Assembly (NCBI GenBank): GCA_973895155.1
Contig: OZ316893.1
Location: forward strand, 6,720,963-6,784,962
Direction of reading: 5' to 3'
DNA from: Marsupella aquatica
Taxonomy: Eukaryota > Plantae > Marchantiophyta
DNA length: 64,000 bases
Shown here: piece after piece, positions 51,623 through 62,281 of the stretch
Numbering within the stretch: position 1 is the first letter of the stretch
Layout of the letters: every line of letters starts with the position of its first letter
Made by a program: the position numbers and the translations under genes
The notes under the pieces: model-generated
Databases searched by the model: none
Seen by the model: the letters and a program-made list of their open reading frames with translations, nothing else
What the model was told of the DNA's origin: nothing

Positions 51623-52808
51623 GTAGTGCGGGTGCAGGTTCCCAATTTTGAGACAATTTGGCTCATTTTATGTCCCGAGGGAATCCTGGAGTTTATGTAT
51701 TGAGTTTCTAGGTGAAGATGCTTAATATAAGGAAATTCAATTATCACTTCGTTCCCAACTTCTATTAATTGAAAATACACAAGCTGGAAGCAAGAAGACA
51801 AGCCACAATCTAGCATCTTAGCCAAACACAATCGTCCCGACAAAGCAAAACTCAGCTGGACAGAAGTCACTCGGATCCACAAAAAATTGAAGATTCACCT
51901 CCAAGCCGGAGGCTGATCACTTCAGTACAGCAGCTTCTAGACGGAACAAACTCTGCTCAGCCCCACAGAAACACAAATGTTAAGGCTCCAAGTCAGAGCT
52001 CACAAACAGAAACTCAGATAAATAACATTCAAAATCTGTCCAGGTTTGTGCAAAGTGTACATATTCATTCTTCTGGAATGAACACGCAATGCATACATCA
52101 CCTAGACACAGTCATTATAAATCATTGGGCGATTGGGGACCACTAAGCAGGTGTGTTCCTATTTCGAGGCTACAAGAAAGGATAGAGTGACACCAAACTC
52201 AAGAGTACACCAAAAGAAAAACAGCAAGAACCAAAGTCAATCATGTGTGGATAAACTGCACATGGGAAGTTCCCCTGAAGAAGCATCAGTTGCTAACATT
52301 GTCACCCGAACCACACCTAGTTTATTACCTCAATGTCTTCAGCCTCAATATCCAATCCTCAGCCCCCTGGTGCTTCCGTGTTTGTTCTGAAAATTTCTGT
52401 GATGAAATAATTATTCAATACATTCAATAGGAGTTCAGACAATCTGAAGAGGACTTTGGACTTGAATGGGGGACAGCGTGGCCATATAGTTATCCTTGTG
52501 GCCTTCAGCTACGTGTCTCACGCTGAATTTCACTTTCCAGTTTCGAGAGTTGTGAAGGTCTAGTTTTAGTAACTTCCTCCTGACTCGACTTGGGAGCATT
52601 CTCTGTATTTGCTAGCTTGTAGTTAGCTTTGACTCCTTTCAGCTTAGTTGACGACCCTCTTGAGATATTAACAATTAGAACAAACACAAGTTGTCAAGAC
52701 AGATTCCACCGGAGCAAAAAGTCCAAAACCAGGTGAATGAAAACCTAAGGAGAGTCCATAAGAACGAAAGTAGGAAGGCAGGCGCACGGGCCACCGAGAA
52801 AAGTAAAG

Positions 52809-52969
52809 GATGCATGTCATTAGTGGGGAGGGATCTTAGCAAAAGCAGGGGAAAGCAAGGGAACTTGCGGCTAAAATCAGCTGAAAGATGCATGTGATTA
52901 GTGGGAGGGATCTTAGCAAAAACAAGGGAAAGCAAGGGAACTTGCGGCTAAAATCAGCTGAAAGATGCA
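52809..52969. repeat. ~78-bp tandem duplication
   Basis: gatgcatgt.attagtggg(g)agggatcttagcaaaa.ca.gggaaagcaagggaacttgcggctaaaatcagctgaaa occurs twice. Confidence 0.85.
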
Positions 52970-55779
52970 CAGTTCCTAGAAATGTAGTGAACCTTAAGGT
53001 CGTCTGTTCACCCCCCCACCCCATCGCCGGGCACAAGGCATGTTCTGATATAGGGAGGAGCAAAACAATCATGTCAAGCAAGAAGTGTGGAGAGACCAAT
53101 CTGTAAGCAAAAATAGGGGAGAACATACATACATCAGCAGCAACAGGAAACAAGAAAGATGAGTTCAGAAAGCATCTTAGGGTCGGGGACATCACTGCAA
53201 CACCGGGACTTAGGATATGACTTGTTCTTAATCTGTTGATAGCATCCGGTAGGCCGGCAACCCATGGCAAAAGGGCAGAGCAGCAATAACAGTTTGAATC
53301 TGACGGATGAAGCTCCAGGCAAATGAGCTCCAGGCGATTGGGTGCATGATTGAGCAGGCGATTGTAACAGCAGGCACCAGGTAATTTAAAGGAAGCAACA
53401 TTCGGCAATGGACCTAGGCAGCTCACAAATTTTGCTTAGCAGCGATGTCACTAGACCCTAAACACGCAATGCATACATCACCTAGACAACTATACTTGCA
53501 GTCACGAGGTGAGTCCGCGTCGATAGGGGATTGCAGCCTTACCTGTGCCGATGTAGCACCAAGCCGCCCTAACTGAAGCTGCGTAGCAATCCGCAGCAAT
53601 CGCTCAATGCAAAACAAGTCCCCGGTTGGCCTTGCAGCCCGATCATCCACCTTCAACCCTGCCACCAAGCAATGAGCTCTCCGCTGTTGCTCACCCTAAA
53701 CCTTCAACACTCCCGCAAAGTTGTGTCTACCCGCAAGATTGGGTGCGTGATTGATTCGGCGATTGTAACAACAGGCAGCCGCAATCGGTCGCAGGTCATG
53801 GATACACAAGCTCCAATGTGCTCCCTTTAGCTGAAACAATACCAGTTGTCGCTCACCACCAACACTTTCAGCAACAACACATATTTGTTGTAGTCCGCAC
53901 CTTAAACCTTAGCCATGGGGTGGTCAATCAAGTTCCGCAATGCCTAAAACACCGACCACCTGACTTACATGAAATGTGCACACAGCTAAGCTCACCTGCA
54001 GCTCACGCCAACCACATTGGGACAATTGAAGTGAATACTGCCATAGCTGAACTCGACTCCTCGTGACTCTTTCGCGCCTCCGTAGACTGCCTTACTCACA
54101 GTGCCCAACGCAAAAAAAGGCCCGGTCAATGTTGCAGCCACGATGATCCACCTCACGCTAGATAGTTGGCCTTCAAGATCACTCCCCACTTTCTTGCAGC
54201 TCCCCGGCCCTCCACAGCTCCTCGTCCATGGCAGTGCTGCAAATCAATAAGCTCTTGGTTGTAGCTCCTCAGTTGTCGGTCACAGCTGCAACAACAGAAG
54301 CTCGTAACCTTACGATGGAAACCCGGAAAAAGCACCTTCCTGCTTGCCAAAGAGCGACACTGTCAACACTCAACGAACGACACTTTGACTCAGTTTCTCC
54401 GAATAGTTTTGGAAACAATTCGTAGACTGAGAACGAGGAATAGGGTTGTGGTATGCATTGGACAAGAAGTCAGTGAGTGAGGTAGTCGACTCTCGGCCAC
54501 AAAGAGCAGAAGACAAATCAGACGAGCATGAAGACCCCGACAACAATGACATATCCAGACGACGAGCAGGGACTTACGCAATAAAGTCTAGCCTTGATCA
54601 AGCACTGCTATTGCACCTGCCTGCCATCACCATCTCTCAAGCGAGAGTGAAGTCCGTAAAGCTCCTTGCACAAAACCCTTCACAAAACCTTCAGGCACGA
54701 TGAATGTCCCCGGCCGACAGCAGAATGGACAAGCTAGTTTTTCCCTAAACCGAGTTCCCGCGCACATTCAACTCAACTTTGCACTCTGCTGCCGTGTTAA
54801 ACAAAACCCGCGCACCCTAAACTTGTGTCCAAAGGCACACTCACGCACATTGAAGTGGAGACATTGAAAGCACAAAAGAGACACAAAAGTCTATGATTTG
54901 CCTAATTAGTTTTTTCCTTTGAAACCAAAGGACTTACGCAATAGTTATATGTGGGGTGAGTGGTTAGTCACAACTTTGAACCACCCCCTTTGGTGAAAAT
55001 GTGGCCAAATAGTCAGGTATATATGACCCCACATTACCATTATGATAAGTACACTTTTTTAGGGTTGGGGTAGTGAAGAGCTGATCATATATATTTAAGT
55101 TGGACATTTAAGTTGGACTTATATTGAACATGAACCATGCATTGGTTGTCATATATGAAGGGGGCATGGGAAACATGAAGGTTTATGGGGCATGGCAATA
55201 AGTAAACCCAACCTAGCTACATGTGAGGCTGAAATTGGGTGATAATTAAGCACCTTTTTGGCACGACCAGAAGACGGCGATAGAAAAATTAGAGATTGAC
55301 TACAAAAAGCATTAAGTTAGGTTAGCAAGCTTTGACAAATCCTTTGTGCAGTTGAATGGGGCTGGGGCGCGCTTCATGGTGTCTAAATGGGGGCAGGAAT
55401 AATGATGGAATACTCAGTAATGGTTTCAAATGGTATGACCTGACTATAATTAAATCTATGTGGGATGACATATGGTGTATCCAAAATCATATGTATTGGG
55501 TTAGATCCCATACTTTAAGGTTGAAGGGCTCAAATGTTGTGCTCTCATAAGTTGTACTCTAATGTAGAGTCGCTTGTATGACTTCAACCTAATTGCCTTA
55601 ACTGAGTTATAGTTACAACTTCCCTAAAAGTTGTAAACATGACTCCTCAAAACTTCACCAAAACTCAGTCAAGAAGGTGTGACTAACATGACACCAACAA
55701 CTTTGGAGTCGCTGTTTCATGAAGGTCTCGGACAAGTCACGTTCTTTGTGGTCTCAGAAAGGGTGGGTTTCTTCTAGTG

Positions 55780-57585
55780 ATTGAGGAGGATGATGATGAG
55801 GTGGCTACTGCACATGCTGCTGCACGTATAGCAACACTTTCCAGCAACGTGGATCATCAACCAGAGGTGGTACAACGGCTCCAAGCAGCCCATGGACCTT
55901 TGGTGGCTGCATTGCGCAAATTTGAGGATCTTGGGCAGCACAATGGCCAACCAATAGCCCCAATCTTGAGCGCACCAGTTACATGGACTCCTCCTTCAGA
56001 TGGCCTTACATTGCTTGAGCTTTTTGGTGGCATTTCTACAGGCCTGGAAGCTCTCCTACAGTCTGGTATGGTGGTGAAGCAGTACATCTATGTGGATATT
56101 GATCCAGGTGCAAGGCAAGTGTCTGAATCCCGTCTGCTGGAATTTTCAGAGCGATTTCCCCAGCAGTTTCCACACAGTGCATGGAAGTCTGCATTTTCTT
56201 TCTTTCCTCCAGATATCCAGCTTGTCCAGCACCGGCACTTAACCCTTCTTGGCTCCCTTGATTTGATCATAGCTGGTTGGGAATGCCAAGGGTTGTCAGC
56301 TGCTGGTCACGGTGCTGGACTGCATGATTCTCGTTCTGGCCTTTTCACAGCATTGGTTCAGATTCTCACCTGGGCTCAATCCCTTCATCCTGCTATTGGT
56401 TATATCATTGAGAATACTCCATCTCAGTTTGACCAGCGTCCACAGGTCAAAGAGGATTTCAGTGTGGTCCAACACCACTTGGGACCACCCCTTCTCATTG
56501 ATGCCGTGCATTGTGGTTCTTATGCACATCGTCTTCGTAACTTTTGGACTAACCTTGCACCACCTTCCTTGTTGGAGTTAGCTCTTCACCACACATCCAG
56601 GGACACTAACCTCACAGTGGACCAGATTTTGGATCCTGACAGCTCTTGCCAACCAATTACACGGCAAGAGCCAGCACCTTGGTATCCAGCCAATACCATT
56701 GGACAGCCCCGTGCTGCTTGGCCTACATTTGTATCCTTTCCAGGTGCACATGCCTTTCAGGGTGATGGTCCTGGCCTGGTTTATCGACATTCTACCGGTA
56801 CTTGGGATGAACCTAGTCCTGAGGAGAGAGAACGGGCTATGGGCTTCCAATCCGGTACTACAGGTCACACCCAGATCACCAGGCTGGCCAGGAATGCTTT
56901 ACTTGGCAGGGTAATGGATCTTAATGCTCTCACTTGGCTTCTGGTCACTTGCATCCTTTTTCAGATGTACATTCATCCAGCATCTGGAGTTCCAGCTCTA
57001 CCACTCCATGGTGCTGCTACATGGCATCCCGACCAGGTGCACTTACCTCTATTCAACACTCACCGCTTCAGTCCAAGTGTTGGGGGGGAGGAGGTCCCTT
57101 GTAATGTGGCTGATATTATTTCTGAGTTTCATGGTGTGGACCAATCCAGATCAGCAGGTACAACAGGCCTTGGAGAGGCCTCATCACCTTATCAGCAGCA
57201 TGCTAGCAGCTTGGACAGTGGAGAGGCTAGCACTTCTGGCTCTTCAAGTACGAGTACATCAGGTCCTATTCCTAGTGTTGCCAACTACACATTCATCATG
57301 GGCAACCACCTGAGTAAAAGACAGAAGGACCAGCTGCTGAATTTGCTCCTCAAGCATGAGAATGTGTTTGCTTTCTCTATGAAGGACTTGGGTACGTGCA
57401 AGACTATGCAGTTCTCCATTGAGTTGGCTGATGAAACACCTATCTTCAGGCGGAGACACCGTTTGAGTAAGCATGAGTGGTAGCTGGTGGATGAGAGGTG
57501 CCAAGAGTTATATGAAGCTGGCCTTATTTAGCCATCTACATCAGATTTTGCAGCAGCTACAGTGATGCCAGCAAAGAAGGATTCC
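55780..57585 (+). pseudogene. Element B pol continuation: DNMT3-like C5-cytosine methyltransferase domain (~56005-56940) followed by the start of gypsy RT
   Basis: Motif I LELFGGISTG, II YVDID, IV AGWECQGLS, VI IIENT, VIII AHRLRNFWTNL, IX ERERAMGF, X ARNALLGR. Then LLKHENVFA...FSIELADETPIFRRRHRLS..E and AGLI*PSTSDFAAATVMPAKKD, with stops at 57481 and ~57529. Confidence 0.88.
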
Positions 57586-60500
57586 TGTGATGCCTAGACA
57601 GGAATCACTCTTCCGGTTAAGTGGGTAAAGCAGGAAGGCACCCTAGGAACACCTTAGTATAGTGACAAAACAAGGAAAATATAAACAATTAGGGGCAACC
57701 ATGGAACCCGGGCAGAGGCCGGAGGTAAGGCTGAGGGTGAAAACCCGATTAGGGTTAGGGCGCGTTAAGCGTCGGCGGCTAGGAAGGATCAACGGGAAGA
57801 AGGACCGGCAGAGGAGAGGGGTAAGGAGCGCTTGCAGGAGATGGTGGCTCATTTGCGAGCACGAACTAGGCAGACGACTACGGGAGGCCAACTACTGTCA
57901 GCTGCTTAGGCAAGCACTCAGGGAGAGAGTAGATACCGACGATCGACCTAAGGAGGGTATGAGCAACGTCAATCAAGCAGCACATTTCTGGGGATGCCTG
58001 TTCGAACGGGCAACTGAGTACATCAAGACTTACGAGGACGAGGAGTCAGAAAGGGCAGCTCGAGAACGGCAGGAGCTCGCTCGATTGTGGGAGCTGCAGA
58101 AGACGGCTTTCTTAGGAGGCGAACTCATCAAGGACGAGTTCCTGTGGACGCCTACTTCCAATCAACTCGACGATCTTCTGTTTTGCAAAGACAGCGTCGT
58201 CGGCATCCGAGAGGCCATCAAGAACTGCAACGACATACACTGGGAATTAAAGGGTAGCACGGAAAGGTGGACCCAGGCAACGGTGCTAGGAGAAACCTCC
58301 ACGGCAGCAGAGATGAAGAGGAAGGGAGCCGTCAACGATGAAGCCACCCCGGCAAAAAGAACGAGGTCGGCGGCACCAAAGAAGCCAGCCGAGCAGCAGA
58401 GCAGGAGGCAGGGAGAAGCCGAAGAGGAGGAGGTCGATCCCATCAAGGCCATTCCAACCAGGGATGACACCTGGAAGGGCTGGGCGGCAACCCTACCGGT
58501 GGAGGTGCAACTACATTTTTCACGGGAGGAGGATGCATGCTTTACGGCCATGCAGACCAAGAAGTACCAAGGCTTCATGGCCGGATCCGGCTTGGAGGCC
58601 TTTGTAAGATTACCATGGCTGAAGCCGGAGGTACCGGAGTCAGACCTATTAGAATTCGTGGGGTCATGGGAACCCGAGACCAATTGCACGAGGATATATG
58701 GGAAGGATTTCTATCTTACTCCCAAGGTGATTGCCGAAGTGTTTGGCTTGCCGATGGGCAATAAGACCAAAGTTGATACCAGGAAGACCTTGCCTGACAA
58801 GGAGTTCCGGTCGTTCCCCGGGCCATCAACGAAGAATGGCTTCTTCCAGAACACCTGCACCAACCCGCACATAGGAGAGATGATCGACTTCTTGCGGGTG
58901 ACCATGCATTGTAACTTGCCGAGGGCAGAGATCGGCAAGGCACAGGTCTATCTAGCAGAAAGGCCAGACCCAAGCCGGGACTACAACGGGTACCTCCTCA
59001 ACCAATTGAAGAAGATCTTAAAGGAGGAGCAGCAGGTAATCGGCATGGGGAGCGTGTCGCGGCTTGGCTATCACATGCCGCTGTTGTGCCGGTATGCCAG
59101 AGGTCAGACTTTTGCCCCGGTACTTCCCCTGCAGGTAAGGGCACCCGAGGAAGCTCCAACGCCGAGGCCGTTGGCTGAGAAGCCTCAACCACCTGTTAGT
59201 CCTACGATCGAGCAGGTGTTTAGGCCCAGGAAGGAAGACTTGCCGATGCAGCAACCAGGCATGCAGAGTCTGCTGAAACTATTGGAGAAAGAAAAGAAAT
59301 CGGCATCGGCAACAACAACGGCAACGGCAACAATGCAGGACACTACTACAGAGGTAGGCCTACACCGGCTCACAAGAGAAAACCCCTTTGTTGGAGACAA
59401 GGAGAGAATCAGGCCGGAATCCAAGCCAGGTGTTCGAATGTACGTGGGAACCTCAAGCTCCGAATCTGAGGCAGAATTGCCTGAAGCTCCTACCGACGAA
59501 GAGGAGAGGGAGAAGCTGGATGTCCAAGAGGTAGAGGAGGCAGTGGAGGACTGCAGCCATGATAATTCCGGCTATGGGTCGGACCATCACGTTCCAGGAG
59601 TAAGGACCTGTGGCCGGTTTGTCCCCACACTTCCAAGGGTAGTGCGAGGGGACCCCAACCAGCAGAGTAGCCCTGAGTCTCCCCCACCAGATGTTGCTCC
59701 CCCGAGCTTCGACGGCATAAAACAGACGGTGCAGGAATTTCAGGAGTGAATCAAGCAGGAGGAAGAGGCCGCCCTGGCTAAGGAAAAGGATTTACCAGGA
59801 GGAGATTGGCCGGAGGACATCAGGCGGCTAGCCGAAAAAGGAAGCAAACCTCTAGCCACGATTGAAGAGATCCGCAGGACGGCTTGGGAGCAGAGGCCAC
59901 GATGGGCGATGCCGATCACTTCTACTTACTCCACCTACGCTAAGAATAGAGCCATGGAGTATGGTGAGATGTGTGGGGAACTTGCGCTCGGCATCTTTGG
60001 AGAGGAGTTGGAGATAGGACCCTTTTTCCATAGGGAGCAGTTGGAGAAGCACCAATTAGAAGAAGCGGTGGCTTTAGAGAGAAGCAAGAAGGACGAGGTC
60101 ATTCGGCGGCTTAGGAGGATGGGAGCCGAGATTGAAGATCTAAGGGCGGCCAAGAAAGCCCAAGATGAACTGCGGATTAAACGACATGAGCTGAACATCA
60201 TGCAGGGGCAGTTGGACGCCGCGCAGGCTGATAATCAGAATATCAAGGATAAACTGACTCAGACGCAGGAAGAGTTGGCCGACACGATCAAAGAGAGGGA
60301 GAAGTGGAAGCAAGAGCTGAAGAATACAGAGGAGGCCCACATAACAGCCAACAGTCGGGCCATGGCGGAGACCCAAAGAAAGGAATGGGCGTTGAAAGGG
60401 GAGCTCGAGAAAATCCGCGGAGCCCTTGAGCTGAAGGAGGTCGAGTTAGGGAAATCCTATCAAGGGATTATGGCGCTACAGCAGGAGCTTGCGTCCCTGA

Positions 60501-62212
60501 CGGCCAGCTTCAAGGCCGACCTAAGGGAGAAGGACGAGATGCTCGAACAGACTTACGCCAAGATGAACCAGATGGAGTCTGTCATCATTGCAGAGCTCGA
60601 CAAGGAGCTAAGAGCAACCTAGGAGGAGAGGGCTACCTTGAAGAAGGAATTGGAGGAAGCCCACAGGGAGCAGGAGGAGGCCAAAAACGAGCTGGAGGGG
60701 GCACGTAAGGACCTGGATGAAACCCAAGAGGAGTTGGAGGAAATCACGAGGAAGATGGAGAACCTACAGCGGCGGGCCGACAACCAAACAGAGCGGCTGA
60801 AGAAACAAGCCGCAGTATTTAAATGCTTAGCTGCAGCAGGTCCATCTCCCGTTGGGACAAACCAGTTACCAGGGGTGGTAATTGCCGAAGGACAAGCCGC
60901 GTCAACTGCACCAGTGCCGGAAGTAAGTGGGAAGGGGAAGGGACCAGCTGCCGAGCCACCAACGAAGAAGAAGCGGAAACCTCCAGGGTCAAGGAGTAAT
61001 ACGACTTCACAGGCCGTGGTGATCAAGGAGGTAGACCCAGCACCGACCCCAGACAGGGTCACGGCTAAGGATCCAACTACCCTAGGGGAAGGGGAGGCCG
61101 AAGCCGAGGGAGTGGCTGAGGCCAAAGCCGTGGGTATTGCCGAGGCCGGTGTCGAGGCTGAAGCCGAAGGTGGACCCAGTCAGGCCGATGGAGAGTTGAC
61201 TCGGTCAAGGGCAGGTAATCTGTCAGTAGGCGGGCCAACGGCAGTGGCTGAGGAGGAAGTGTTGGGGGCGTCCATTGAGGATCCACCACCGGTGTCGTGA
61301 CGGTGCAAGGGCGCCGTTCCTTTTAGGGAGGGCGGACGTGGAGGGAGGAGGCGTGAGTGGGCAGGGCGGGCGCGGATCTCCACGTTTAGGATTAGGATCA
61401 GAACCAGGAGCGGCCCTGACACTTAGCTTAGTGGGATTGCGGTCCCACTGGTAGGAGCAACACTTGTGCTCCTGCCTTGCTGTACATAGGTAGATTTGGG
61501 CAAGTAGATTACTGTTAAGTAGATTAGGCTTACGATGCAAAGAATGGCGGATCCACTACCAGGATAAGTACCTGGGCAGCGGGGAGCTCAGGGCCTCTTC
61601 TTTAGCAAGTTTTTAGTTTGCACCAGCCGGGCTGGGATCAAGTAGTACGAGAAGCTCTCGGTTAGTCATACAGTGACCCTTGTGTATATTCATGTTTCCT
61701 CATGCCTAAGAGCTGAATAGAGTTGGCCTCACGGCTTAGTTCGCAGAACTTGTGTATGAGATGTACTGTTTGTATGACAAGTGCATGGTATGACTCAGTC
61801 AGAATGAGTCATTTTGCTATTTGTGTGTCGCATTAACTTGTGTGAAGAGTGCCCACATCAACAGAAGGAAGGAAAGTAAGCAGGGGAGTGAGAGTTGGAT
61901 GTGTCGAGCTGAGAGAGGTCTTAGCGGCTTAACCAAGCCTATTGGGGATCATTCCGGCGGCGGAATCCAAACATACCTAACAGGAAGACAGGGGAAGACA
62001 GGGGAAGGCCTATATTAGGCCGGCTACGTATCTCATGACCCGATGAAGGATCTGTCCAGTATATGTGTGTAAAATGTTAATAGTAGTAGTAGAAGGTTAG
62101 CAGCGTCCCATGCCGCTAAGCCGCGGAAACGGCCTCGCCAAGCACGAAACCTGCAGGAATCGGCTTGAGCTGGGGGGTTTCTTGGGTTTAGGGAGCCATG
62201 GGACGCACCACA
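57586..62212 (+). mobile_element. Family A 5' LTR, full length (4627 bp)
   Basis: TGTGATGC...GCACCACA, the same termini as the TSD-flanked solo LTR, followed by PBS and gag. Confidence 0.93.
57701..61300 (+). pseudogene. LTR-encoded ~1199-aa accessory protein (two in-frame stops in this copy)
   Basis: ORFs 57662..59749, 59909..60622 and 60638..61300 share one frame; start context gcaaccATGG. It has a central LEF...RIYGKDFYLTPKVIAEVFGLP segment, a long coiled coil and an NLS-like KKKRK. Confidence 0.85.
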
Positions 62213-62216
62213 TTTT

Positions 62217-62234
62217 TGGCGCTAGATGGAGGGG
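62217..62234 (+). promoter_or_regulatory. Primer binding site complementary to tRNA-Asn 3' end
   Basis: TGGCGCTAGATGGAGGGG, 4 nt after the LTR, is one mismatch from the complement of the plant tRNA-Asn end (CCCCTCCTTCTAGCGCCA). Confidence 0.8.
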
Positions 62235-62281
62235 GCATTTCTTAAGCCGTGAGATATGAAGTTAGAACGGAAGCGTAGGTA

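Larger units (their letters stand above)
36112..55779 (-). mobile_element. CACTA (En/Spm) DNA transposon, 19668 bp including a nested solo LTR
   Basis: ATT|CACTAGAAGAA ... TTCTTCTAGTG|ATT: 11-bp perfect TIR and 3-bp TSD. TnpD- and TnpA-like genes lie inside. Confidence 0.95.
33214..57585 (+). mobile_element. Element B: gypsy-like retrotransposon encoding Gag-PR-DNMT-RT, split by a CACTA (36112-55779) and cut at 57586 by a family A insertion
   Basis: One frame throughout. Removing the CACTA plus one ATT (19671 bp, a multiple of 3) joins ...LQDWI to EEDDDEV... The left boundary is approximate. Confidence 0.85.

Noticed and set aside
55777-55779. GTG start making the methyltransferase a stand-alone 568-aa gene
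   Set aside because: The GTG is the end of the CACTA TIR; the frame continues from 36111.
55780-57000. Bacterial restriction-modification methylase or contamination
   Set aside because: It is embedded in frame in a retrotransposon polyprotein amid intron-containing plant sequence.
33214-57585. DIRS/tyrosine-recombinase identity for element B
   Set aside because: It has an aspartic protease, a gypsy-type RT start and C5-MTase rather than Dam-like motifs; no recombinase is visible in the window.
57749-57760. TTAGGGTTAGGG telomere-like motif in the LTR
   Set aside because: Only two units, and they fall within the coding frame (LGLG).
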